This document shows, one piece after another, positions 47,086 through 60,895 of a DNA stretch of 64,000 nucleotides; the first letter of the stretch is position 1; each line of letters starts with the position of its first letter. The notes beneath the pieces are model-generated. The model was not told the DNA's origin. It saw only the letters and a list, made by a program, of their open reading frames with translations, and ran no database searches. The translations under genes were made by a program, and so were the position numbers. The stretch covers positions 1,359,861-1,423,860 of the forward strand of contig CAVNZM010000018.1 in assembly GCA_963693365.1 (NCBI GenBank), written 5' to 3'. The stretch comes from Amoebidium appalachense (taxonomy: Eukaryota; Protista; Ichthyosporea).

Positions 47086-47777
47086 AGTAGATAGCCGAGA
47101 TATACCTAGTATATCTCATGCGGGGCGGGTTGGTACGGTAAGATCTCTGCGTGTCAAGCTCAAAGTCGCAGGATCGATCCTGGTTGCTTCCGATTTTTGT
47201 TCTGCCTCGACGGTTCACCGGTGTGGCCGCCCCCTAGAAGCCATCACCCCAGACCACGTCAAGCCGCACCACCAATTTGTTATCATCCGGCCACAAGACA
47301 TGACGTCATGAACAGCACCGGCCCTCTGACGTCGACTGCGCGCCGCTTCGGCATCCCAGCCCAACGTTCAAGTGGGAGACAATCCGAGTCACCGGCCACG
47401 GTTCGGGTCAGCGTCCTGGGCACTGGGTCGTCCCTTTCACTGAGTCTTTATGTTGGTGTATGTGTCCCGGGTCGCTCCCGGCTGGTGTTGTCAAAGTGAG
47501 CTGTGCTCACTTCCCCACTAGCGTTGCTGCGGCTAGAACCGTGGGATAAGGCGTAACTAAAAAGAGTGCCAGTTGGGGTCAATTAGAATCCTGACTTATG
47601 AGTGTGCTATACAGTACGGTCTGTGTCTAGGCGGAAGACGGTAAGCTCCCCCGAGGCAGTGCCTCGCCGGGAGTGAAACGGGATAAAATTTTAGAAAAAA
47701 ACTAGGTATATCTCGACTCCGTACAGAACACCGGCAGCGACCCGCGGGAACTTGCGGGTGTCACAACGGAATCTACT
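47086..47777 (+). mobile_element. Helentron/DINE-1(HINE)-like non-autonomous element carrying a tRNA-like segment and structured motif copy B
   Basis: AGCCGAGATATACCTAGT (47093-47110) is inverted to ACTAGGTATATCTCGACT (47701-47718); the left copy also forms the local hairpin GAGATATAC-CTA-GTATATCTC; GC stem-loop at 47740-47759 after the right copy; tRNA-like 47121-47192 followed by TTTTT. Confidence 0.6.
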
Positions 47778-47995
47778 TTGTGGACACTTTCGATAGGAAA
47801 TCCAGGCTGTCGTCATTACATGGTAAAATTGACGTCATTTTCCCTCGAGCCGAGAAGTGCCGACGTAAACTTTAACGTTCAGCCCTCCCCTTGCCCCCCT
47901 CCCTCCCCTGCCCCTCTCCCCCCGCAACTTCCCCACCCCCCTTGACTTTCCCACCTCCCCTCCCACACACAAACACACACACACACACTGGCACA

Positions 47996-48057
<62 letters not shown>

Positions 48058-48632
48058 CTTTACCCCCTCTACATATGAGTTCCAACAATGTCAACTCGCA
48101 TTATAACTTACCCTGCTTTTTATTTTAGTGAAAAACATGTTTATGCACAAAAACACGGCATCAGACTTGTGGGCTCGTTTGGTGAAACCGTTGTTCAACA
48201 AAAGATCATTCATTCTCGAAATCCAACCGACACACACCCGCGTCTCCCCCACCTTCCCCCCTCCTCCCCCCCCCCCCTCCCCCCCCCCCCCCCCCCCCCC
48301 ACCCACCCCCCCCCCCCCCCACCCACCCACCCCGGATCCTGCTCAGAATAGTGTATATATATGTGTGTGTGTACCACCAAGTTGCATATATATCAGAGGC
48401 TAAGTTATATAACTTGCCATTTATGGCTCATGCTGCATGATATTGTACTTTCACCAAGCTGAGCGCATAAATGTTGTTAGAACGGACTGAGCATCTGCGC
48501 AAGCACATTGATTAAAAAATTAAAATCCCTTAACATTTCTTCTGTACCTGCTACAAAATATACACGAAATCCCACTAAGTTTTGTGTTTGTTGATCACTG
48601 TACGGCCACAATGCAGCAGCTGCAAGTGAACG

Positions 48633-48764
48633 TTAGAGGGGGTTTCTTTTAGGCCAATTTATTGGCCACTTCGGGTCAGGCGTGATCATAGTGTGATGCG
48701 CATCCAGCCAATCATATCGCAGAGTGGTCTGGCCCGACCCGGATTCCTAAGAACCCACCTTTAA
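48633..48764. mobile_element. Possible ~130-bp MITE with imperfect TIRs (Kolobok-like ...CCTTTAA end)
   Basis: TTAGAGGGGGTTTCTTTTAGG versus the reverse complement of the right end TTAAAGGTGGGTTCTTAGG; several mismatches. Confidence 0.35.
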
Positions 48765-48879
48765 CGAGCAAGTACACGTGCACGTGCACACACACTAGAT
48801 TTGCAAACACCGTTGGTTGGGCCCGAGGGGTAGGTACCCTGTAGGCGTGAGAGGGGTTTGTGGTGGTGGTGATGTGGTG

Positions 48880-48910
<31 letters not shown>

Positions 48911-49555
48911 AGGGGGAGGGGTTGGGGGCTGGAGAATTAACACATAATGGGAGAAATTGTAAACTTTACAATGTTGGGTAATCCACGACAGCCTATATAT
49001 ATAGTTGTCTGTATAGTAAAATGCTAGGACCTGTAGGTGCAACTTCCCATGAAATAGGAATGATTTACTGATGTCTACTGGTAATCGGCAAACACGGAGG
49101 CAAGAAGCAAAGGGAAGGGAAGGGAAGGAAACCCTGGTCGAACGCCGTCATTATAGCTCCTCTCAGGTTTAAATCGAAACCCTGCCGGCACTGCCGGCAG
49201 AACACACCTGCCTTCCAATCTTGTTAAACGGACCGATTTCATACATGTACATAGTAGGGAACTGGAGAATTATTTTAGCCGGCTTAGATATAAGCAAAAT
49301 CGGCAGACGGGCCTTCGGTTTACCGTCTTCGATAGATCATACACGAGCTAGCACATGCTTACATGCTTGCCGCGCGCCTATTTGTGCTTATAGGGTTACC
49401 TGCAGGAAGACCTTGCAGTGTGCCGAATTTCCCGAACCAACACCTAAAAATAATAAGGGAAAACATGTGTAAGGAGATTGGGACTCGGACAAGCAGACAA
49501 GAAATAGAAAACGGACTCAGAACGAACGTCTATAAAATATAAAACCATGGTCAGT

Positions 49556-49737
49556 GGACTCTGAGAGTCTATTTCCCCTTGCAGACACCATCAAAATACA
49601 CTCATAAGAAGAAGGTAAAACACATTTCCTGGACTCTGAGAGTCTACTTCTCCTTGCAGACACCATCGTAACGCACTCATAAGTAGAAAGAAAAACAGAC
49701 TTCACGGGTTCTGAGAGTCTATCTCCTACAGCAGAAC
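49556..49737. repeat. 75-bp tandem repeat, about 2.4 diverged copies
   Basis: GGACTCTGAGAGTCTA at 49556 and 49631, GGGTTCTGAGAGTCTA at 49706. Confidence 0.85.
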
Positions 49738-50479
49738 ATGCTAATCAACCACATATTGTAAATGCTCAAAATACCAACCAGACTCTGAAAGTACGGGGTG
49801 GTTTTGAATATGAAGTACTGTAACACTGGGATTGTTTGAATTCATCGAAAGAAAACAGACAACACAACACACACGAGTACTCCAACATTAAATTAAGACA
49901 TACTACGAAATTTCCAGGGTGTCCGTTCCTACAAGCAAAAATAAAATTTGCCGAAATATATTTATAACAAGAAAATCTCATTCATATAAGGTCGTTTAAC
50001 ACAATGGAGAGGCCAGGACTATTTGTCGTAAGTCAACATATCTACGTGGAGGCAGTTTGCTATAACGAATTATGCCAATTACGAATTCATTCCAAGGATA
50101 GCAATACCATACACATTCGTGTGAAGGTCTATCTAAGTCATTCGAGTTATAACAGACACCATACAAAATATTACTATCCCTTGCGAGGGTTTCCGAAGGA
50201 TGGTATCTTTGTCTTTATGCTGTATATGGGTACCCTTGGTCGTTTTGCGAGGACTGGCACCTCCGTAGATGCTCGGCGCTTTGTTTGTCCTGATGGGTAA
50301 CGATACAACTTTAGGTACAAGCAACCCTCAAAAATTCCTGCATACGTGCTTCATGAATTTCACACACACACTCACACAAGCTCTCTCTCTGTCACTCTCT
50401 CTCTTGCTGTCTATCTCTGTCTCTATCTCCCTCTCTATCATCATCTCTTCTCCCCCTCTCACTCGCTGTCGCTCTCTCT

Positions 50480-50632
<153 letters not shown>

Positions 50633-51318
50633 CCCCCCCCCCCCCCCCTCCCCCGTCTCTCTCTCTCCCTCTTAGCCCTACCTCCCTATCTCCGAATCTC
50701 CCTATTTCACTCGGACATGCAAATGCACATACACTGCGCAGAAAATGGCACAGACATTTGTCTCCAAAAGCCCGTTTAAGCATCACCACGAACAGGCTAT
50801 GGAAACAGGCTATGGAATAATGCCAGTCGAGATACGTACCCGCCTTTGACATCACGAGCGGTTCGTTTTCTGAATCACTTGACACGTCGTTTTAGAGACT
50901 GTTGGTGTCACCATCTGATATGCTGGCCACACTGCCGGGGTTCTTGATGTTGTCGTTGTTGCTATTGCTGTAGCGCTGTTGATGTCTGCATTGTGAATGT
51001 CAGTCCGAGTTCAGAGCCAATGCTCAGATAATGATTCGAAATGATTTTGTTAATGTGGGTGGGGAAGCCTCAGCAGGAGTTTGTAACTTCTTTCAAGTCG
51101 AAAATTTTATCACCATTGTCGTTTTTCTGCCCATGCCCATAGGAAATGTGGAGGTGGTGGTGGTTGTGGTGGTTGTGGTGGTTGTGGTGGTCTGGTGTGT
51201 GTGTCTGGGGGGGGGGGGGGGGGGGGGGGGGGGGAGGGGAGGGGGTATGCCATGTGGGGGGGGGGGGGGGGGGGGGGGGGGGCACCCGTGCATGTCATTG
51301 GCCGTGTGCTGGTTTGTG

Positions 51319-51438
<120 letters not shown>

Positions 51439-51595
51439 ATGTGCGTGTTCGTGTGCATGTGCATGTGCATGTGTGGACGTCTGTCTCTGTGTACATGTTT
51501 AAATTATCTGCTTTAAAGTTCAGAAACTTATTGTTTTGGGTTGATCAAATATGGGCCAGATATACATCGTAAGAATTGGGTAATAGATCAAATAC

Positions 51596-51796
51596 CTTCA
51601 TTGTTGTGGTGACCGTGAAAATCGAGGAGTTCTTGGGCAATATCCTCTTCCTCTTCTTCCTCCTCTTGGTCAATTCCCTCTTCCTCACTGTGGTCGCTGT
51701 CATCAGCATCCTCACTGTAATATTCATCGTCCTCGCTTTAGTTGAGTTGGTCTGCATCAACCGGCTCCTCAGTGAATTCGTCTGCGGCCTGTGCAT
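51596..51796 (-). pseudogene. Acidic exon-like remnant with an in-frame stop
   Basis: AG/GT-bounded segment reading DAQAADEFTEEPVDADQLN*SEDDEYYSEDADDSDHSEEEGIDQEEEEEEEDIAQELLDFHGHHNNE. Confidence 0.55.
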
Positions 51797-51884
51797 CTGT
51801 ACCGTATATTGTTTTTGTGCAAGTGCGCGCGCGCGCGTGTGTGTGTGCATGTGTGTGTGTGTGTGTGTGGGGGGGGGGGGGGGG

Positions 51885-52886
51885 TGTTGGAAGTAGAGTC
51901 CGCTGTGACTAGGGTCGCCGTGGCGCGCTTGGGCGCTGACCCGTTTTTTACTGCTTTCAGTGTGTTAACTCCATGGCTGCACTCCATGACTGAACTCCAT
52001 TTCTGCACCTGGCAGAGCCGTGGTTTATATACCCGTGGGGCAGCAGTCTGGAATGTAATCCGGATGCCAGGCGCTAATCGGATTGGTTACTTTCATTTAG
52101 AGATCTCTGGGACCAGTGAACCAATCGTTTGCAGTCAAAACACAATTGGCAACATTCCTCAACTATGCAGATGTGCATGTGGTGATCGAGTGTCAGCGTG
52201 TGTCTGTGTACACGGAACCAATTGTAAAGCTAACATACACATATTGTGGAGTGAGCGTAAGTCTGCACTCCAACACCCCTACCCAATTGGAGAAGTGTAC
52301 ACACCACTAGAGAAGAGAGAGTGAGTGTGGCTGCTTGCAGGGTAGACCGGGGTGTGCATTCCACTGTGGTGCGTGCCCCGCCAATGAAGTGGAATACTTG
52401 ACGTTGATGTCGCAGGCTGCTGCGGATGGAGTTTGTGGAAGCGAAAGTCTCTAATGAAGTTAGAGGCCGCGGTGTCGTGTCTGGGCCCATAACCCTGTTG
52501 GAAGTAGAGTCCGCTGTGACTAGGGTCGCCGTGGCGCGCTTGGGCGCTGACCCGTTTTTTACTGCTTTCAGTGTGTTAACTCCATGACTGAACTCCATTA
52601 CTGAACTCCATTTCTGCACCTGGCAGAGCCGTGGTTTATATACCCGTGGGGCAGCAGTCTGGAATGTAATCCGGATGCCAGGCGCTAATCGGATTGGTTA
52701 CTTTCATTTAGAGATCTCTGGGACCAGTGAACCAATCGTTTGCAGTCAAAACACAATTGGCAACATTCCTCAACTATGCAGATGTGCATGTGGTGATCGA
52801 GTGTCAGCGTGTGTCTGTGTACACGGAACCAATTGTAAAGCTAACATACACATATTGTGGAGTGAGCGTAAGTCTGCACTCCAACA
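51885..52886 (-). mobile_element. TRIM-like non-autonomous copia-type element: two 391-bp LTRs around a 220-bp core
   Basis: LTRs 51885-52275 and 52496-52886 (TGTTGGA...TCCAACA, 3 differences seen); PBS GGTTATGGGCCCAG at 52481-52494; PPT AATTGGGTAGGGG at 52276-52288; poly-G on both flanks. Confidence 0.95.
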
Positions 52887-53899
52887 GGGGGGGGGGGGGG
52901 GGGGGGGGGTTCTTTTTTCTTTTTCTTCTTTTTGTTTTTTTTTGTTTAATTTTTTATTTATTTATTTTTTTTTTGGGGGGGGGGGAGTCATGGTGAGGAA
53001 CCGGTTGACATATTATGAGATAGCATGACCGATTTGCCAATGGGGTAGACTATCGTAAGAGAGGTATTTTGTTGCTCAGCCTGAGAATGAGACATAATGA
53101 AGGAATAGAGTTGGTGGGTGGGTGTTGGTATGTACTGGGTAGTTTTCGAAGCGGAAACACACGTCAAAAAGATCTAAAACATTGACCATGCCATTCTGCA
53201 ACAGTACCTGGCCTAACAGCACACACAATCAATCACCAGGGCAGGGTAGGCCACGGTTTGTGTATGAGGGGTTTTGTGTGTTTGAAGGGGGGGGGGGGGG
53301 GGGGGGGGGGTTGTCAGTTCGGGGATGGTATTGGCCTAAAGAAGTTACACAAATCCTGTCCTTCAATGGTGTTCATTTTACCTTTTTGCAAGATCAAGAA
53401 GCAAGAAAGTCAGGAACAGGGTTATAGGGTTATGGTTTTCTTTTATTTTTTTTTTATTTTTTTTGCTTTTGTTCTTTTTATTTTTTATTTTTTATTTTTT
53501 ATTTTTATTTTTATTATTTATTTATTTTTTATTTTTTTGGGGGGGGGGGTCCTCACCTGAATCGGGTGAGTCTGCACCATCCTGCTCCTCAGGGGATTCG
53601 TCTACGGCTGGTGCACCTATACGGTATAGTGTTTTTGCGCATGTGCGTGTGTGTGCGTGTGTGTGGGGGTGTGTGGGGGTGTGTGGGGGTGGGGGGAGGG
53701 GGGGGGGGGGGGGGGGGGGGATTGGCCGTGAGGAACTGTTTGACATATTATGAGATAGCATGAAGGGCTTGCTAATGGGGTAGACTATTTGTAGGAGAGA
53801 CAGATTGTCGCTGAGAGACACATAATGAAGGGTTAGTGTTGGTGGGTGGTGGGATGGGATGTGGGTATGTTTTTTTTTTTTTTTTTTTTTTTTTTGGGT

Positions 53900-53943
<44 letters not shown>

Positions 53944-54250
53944 CGAATACAGACACAACATACAAGTAAACGAGGTACAGGATTCTAGGGTGTGTTTCCA
54001 TGTTTTTGGGCCATAACAAAGTCCAGCGGTTTACGGGTCTATTGAATGACGGTGTGGAGAAGACACCGTGAAGGTGTTTGTGAGACTTGTGACTCGTGCC
54101 GGGCATAATTTTAAGTGCATGTATGTCTAGGGGTGTTGAGGGTTGAGGAGAGAGTTGAGGGGGGAAAGGGGTGGAGAAGGGGGGGTGGGGGGTGGGGGAG
54201 GGGGTGGTGGGGGGGGGGGGGGGGGGGGGGGGGAGGGGGTATCAATCGAC

Positions 54251-55570
<1,320 letters not shown>

Positions 55571-55616
55571 ATCTCGTGCATGGTTTCTCTTTGGGTTTTC
55601 TCTTGTCCATCCCCGA

Positions 55617-55670
<54 letters not shown>

Positions 55671-57076
55671 GGCACAGGTCCAACAGTACACTTGGCCACC
55701 TGTGTGCACTACGCTGTGACTATTGGAACCAATTGATCTGGGCTTGTCAGTCGGATTCAAGGGGATAACACAGTTGGGTTGGATAGGATAGCTTTGCTTA
55801 ACGTTCGTCACATGGGATTGTAGACATGTTTCTTGATGTTATGGTGATACCGGTATGATACGCAGTTTCCCATACCTTCTCCTATATTCCTGCATAACAC
55901 TCACGACCAGAGCACCTTTGTATACGTAAGCACACAAAACAACCGTTTACGTAAATAGAGTTAATTTTAAATTACAAGAAACATTGGATTGTAGACATGA
56001 TAGGACATGGTCCTGATAATAAAGACCTACCACTAAGGCTGCAAGCACGAGAGCGTCCATCCGTGTCAGTGCCTTGAGGCAAACGAGTTGACCACCACGG
56101 GATTGTGTGTGTTTTTGACAATATGTGTTACTGGCCGCTCTTTCTTTGTGCATGTGAACACCCGTCATGCATACACATCCAAAACGACGCAGGCACATGC
56201 ACTTCCGCGAATCCAGCTGTGTGTTCTATTTCTTGTTGTTTAGCTTCTGAATCAAGAGGCACAGACGTACGGTCGATCCCCACTGAGTGTACTATCCTTA
56301 GCACCCCCCTCCCCCCCCCCCCCCCCCCCCCCGCCCCCCCCAAAAAATAAAAAATAATAAAAAAATAATAAAACTAAATACAAGTAATAAAAACACACAA
56401 CCAACCCCCCCCCCCCCCCCAAGAAAATAAAAAACTAAAAAATAGAATAACAATTTAAATAATAAAAAAACACGCACAAACACACCCCGGCCGCAGTGAA
56501 CTAACCTATGTGATGTCTGGCATCTTTTCACACGTGTATGAACCCTTAATCGCCTGGCCTTAAGTGCAAGCAGTGCATTAATTGCGGGCCTCATATATGG
56601 CGAAGCATATATGGCCTCAGATGGATAATGCAGCGGCAGCCCCCCCCCCCCCCCCCCCCCCCTCCACAGTATACACACACACTATAGTGCACCCCTACCC
56701 CACCCCACCTACGCACCCCTGGGCCCGCCTCAACCCCCGCCATTGTCCCCCGTAGGCCTTCCCTTTCTCCCTTTAAAAAGAACTTCTGGCATATCATAGT
56801 AAATAAACACATGCACCCAACACAATAATACAATCAATAGCTTCCAAAAAAACCACGAACGTAGGGCCCACTCCCATATCAGTGTACTAATACCAGGTTG
56901 TGTGTGCACATACACAATTCAAGGTCCACATGTGGCACGAGCTCGAGCTGGATTATCATGTTTGTCATGGATCTCCGAAGTGCACTCACATATGTAATGT
57001 GTGTGACGTGCACGCATGTTTGTGTATGCATGTGTTTGAGCCGTGGTGTGTGCCTTTCATGTGTGGGCCCGGTGGG

Positions 57077-57119
<43 letters not shown>

Positions 57120-58154
57120 GCAAGCCAGTACAACGTGGCAAACGTGAACCCCCGGCCCATCCCCCTCCTGGCCCCTCCCCCCATCCTTTCCCAACGAGCA
57201 CCAGCATCCCCCCCCCCGTCCCCCCCCCCCCCCCCCCCCCCTCCCCCTCCCACTCCTTCGATTTATGTATATGTGACTCCACAGAAAGTTTCTTATTAGA
57301 TATGCAAAAAACAAAATATAGTACACAAATATCTCGTTGGAGTCTCTTATTCGTGGTTGCTGACACTTTGTGCACGGGAGGTTGCAGAACGGGCTAACCG
57401 GGCGGGGAGGGGGGGATGGGGGGAAGGAGGGGGGGGGGGGGGGGGGTTGCTGTGAATGTATGTCGGAGGGGGGGGTGTGGAGGAGGATATCGAGATTGGT
57501 GATGAGTACCCACGACATACACTCACACTTGTGTACTATATTTTGTGTATGCATATCTGGTATGTGTGCCGGTGTGCGCGGGCCATGTCATTAGCAATCT
57601 TTGTGTTTTAATTACTATGGCATGTGGGCACAACGGATTTGCCACGAATCGTGGCACTGTGTGTGTGGTGTGTGCGTGACATTTCCCGATGTTTTTTACC
57701 GCCCTCCTTTGGGGGGGAGGGGGGAATGGGTTCGGAGGAGGGGAGGGGAGAAGGCATGATATCTAAACTTCGCTGGCAGTTCCCAATCGCATGGGGGTGC
57801 AAACGTCGGAATTCTAGGTATTTCATATGCCTTGCGCACTAGGCAATGCATGCCATGTGCTAAGATCTGCTGTTGCAAAAGAGATTTAAGAGAAGGCTTA
57901 CAGCCGAGAGTAATATACTAGCATCTTTGAGTTTGGGTAGCCCCACGGCCACCCAATCTTACCTCCCCCCCCCCCCCCCCCCCCCCCCCCCCACCCCCCC
58001 CCACACACACACATAAACAAATACACACAAACCACAACAACAACCGAGGGATTGCAGGGGAGCATGTACAGCTGCAGGTTGTTGCATTTGAAGTTACGGG
58101 GTATGTGACGGTGGGTATGTCACGGTGGAAAATTTAAGTTGCATATTTTATCCC

Positions 58155-59100
58155 ACTTGAAATCATCGCGCGCAGGACACTTACAGCCTCAAAGGAGCCA
58201 CCGTCTCCTTATACACACTAATGTACAATGTAACACTGTAAGAGGTTCCATTATTAGTCGCTAATACACCACTAATGGTCCAACATATTCACCGTGTTTT
58301 GTAAGGGGGGGGGGGGGGGGGGGGGGGGGAGGGGGGGGGGGAGGGGGGGGGGGGGGGGGGGGGGGGTGGCATTCATGGTGCTGTTTCGGAGTGGTAGGGG
58401 TAGAAGTGATAGTGCTGGTGTTTTGGGGAAGGGGATTTTTTTTGGGGGGGGGGGGGGGGGGGGGGGGGGGGTGGGATCAAAGAGGCCCATGAGATAGTCC
58501 GTACATGAGATGTACATGTTACTGAGCCACGTTCTGGTGGAGCCATGGGTATGTGTGTGGAGATTTTATTCCATATTTTATGCTTCTAAGCCGTTTAAAA
58601 TTCACGCGGCCAGGACACTTCAGCCGCAAAGGAGCCACCGTCTCCCAATACACACCAATGTACAATGTACTAAGAGGTTCCTTTATTAATCGCTAACACT
58701 GACAACACTCATTGTCAAACATATCCGTAAAATTTAACCCGGGGCAGCACCCCAGTCTTGTGAGTGGGTCAGGTACGTGATTCGTACGTAGGGGAGGGGG
58801 GAACAGAGAGAGACAGGGGTGGCATTTCATGGTGGTGTTACGGGCGGTAGGGCTAGAAGTGATAGTGCTGGTGTTTTTTTTTTTTTTTTTTTTTTTTGGG
58901 GGGGGGGGGGGGGGGGAGGGGGGAGCAGGGGTACCGGCGGTAGCAGCATATCAGGGTGGTGTTATGGGTTGGATGGGGTGGTGGTGGTGGCGTTGGGATT
59001 TGGGGGGGGGGGGAGGAATCAAAGAGCCCTGTGAGATCGTCCGCTCTGACATAGAGATAGTCATTTTACTCAGCCACATGATAGTGCCACATGAAGTGGG
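58155..59100. repeat. Old tandem duplication of a ~450-500-bp unit
   Basis: Three block pairs in the same order: CAGGACACTT..AAAGGAGCCACCGTCTCC (~58173/58611), GTGGCATT..TAGAAGTGATAGTGCTGGTGTTTT (~58366/58819), ATCAAAGAG..GAGAT (~58476/59018). Confidence 0.85.
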
Positions 59101-59246
59101 GGAACTATGCTTGTTCATGCAGTGAATATTTGTTTGTTTTCCGTTACATTGGGTAAGAAATACAGGGGCATTGATCAGTCAGTCGGGCCAAGCGCTACGT
59201 GTCACATGCCTGCCACATCAAGAAGAAATCATACTAAACGGATTGC

Positions 59247-59290
<44 letters not shown>

Positions 59291-59322
59291 ACCACCACCA
59301 CCACCATGCTAAACGGATTGCT

Positions 59323-59373
<51 letters not shown>

Positions 59374-59684
59374 GAAAGACACAAAGTAGGGAGACCACAC
59401 ATTATAAGCTGCATCGTACAGTATAGTTATGATTAGAACTTTCATAGAACTTACGATACATCTCGAGGCAAAAAAAGTTCATCATCCAAAAATGAAAAAC
59501 CCCCTATGTACCACCACTCCACCCAGAAAAAGGGAGGGGAGGGGGGGGGGGCATCTTTGTAAACGAATATATTGGGTTGGCTTAAACATAGTAGCCATTC
59601 TTACATATTCTAGAAGAACATGCACGCTAAAAGTCTAACCAGGCAGAAAACTCTGTCTACACCACAGCCGCTGGGTCTGACATG

Positions 59685-60343
59685 TTAGGCTGCAAGCAGT
59701 ACTATGCGAGGTTTAGCAAACTTTGCGTTGATGAAATCATTAATTGCCTTACGCGACGCAGGATATGGCCCACAAACGGCCTGAAATCTATCATCGAGTA
59801 GAATAACACAAAAAAACAGGTTGCCGTGCACATGCGGACGATCGTGAAAAGGTGGAATTCCCGTTATAAGCAGGTGGCGCCATTTTGGTTGCCTCACACC
59901 CAGCAGGTCATACCACGCCTGAGCCAGAGATGTCTGCATGCCGCTGGATGTGACGCTGTTCACGTGATTAAACCATGTGCCCAAAGTCAGACGGGTCCCA
60001 AGGTGTTGGTATGCGGTGCACCATGGTGCCCTGTGGTCTAGGGAAGCGCAGATGCCACATGCAGCGGGCTTCCGCCTTGTAGCCACGACATGGGACCCAT
60101 AGCTGTCGTTGTTGCACCGCGAGCTCCCAGGCCTGTGTGGAAGAAGTTTAAGAGCAGCAGGTTTCCTGGAGGGCGTGGGTGCATGCTTGCCACTGAAGGG
60201 GAGATTGCAAGAGGATAGCATTATATGCTTATTATACAAAGCACTTGTGATGTATGCGCGCACTTGTGTTTGTGTGTGTGTGCGTGTGTGTGTGTGTGTG
60301 TGTGCTGGTGTGTGTGTGTGTGTGTGTGTGTGTGTCTGCGTGT

Positions 60344-60381
<38 letters not shown>

Positions 60382-60424
60382 CGTTTGTACGTGCGTGTGT
60401 GTGTATGTGTGTGTGTCTGTGTCT

Positions 60425-60466
<42 letters not shown>

Positions 60467-60540
60467 CACGGTGTGTGCGCGCGTGTGTGTGTGTACCGGG
60501 GGTGTACACGTGTGTGTTTGTGTGTGTGTGTTTGTGTGTA

Positions 60541-60584
<44 letters not shown>

Positions 60585-60864
60585 CGTGTGCTTGTGTCTG
60601 TGTGTGTGTATGTGTGTGTGGGGGGGAGGGGGTGGGGGGAGGGGGGGGGGATGGAGCAGAGACATGTGGGGGTGGGAAAGGGCGGCCATGGGAAAAAAAT
60701 ACAAGAAAATGCATGAAAACGTAAATGGTGTACAAGGTATGCCTTAATGTATGTATACGGGACAGCATAGGTATGCACATGCGTGTAGGTGGGTGGATGA
60801 ATATTGCTGCGGGTGTGTGTGCGTGCGTGGTGGCTTGCGTGTTGATGGTGGGGTGTGTGTGTGT

Positions 60865-60895
<31 letters not shown>

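Noticed and set aside
47121-47192. Functional tRNA gene
   Set aside because: The D-arm, anticodon stem and B-box are degenerate; treated as tRNA-derived cargo.
50004-50300. 98-aa ORF with faint similarity to SWIM-adjacent transposon regions
   Set aside because: The required Cys/His residues are missing; not supportable without a search.
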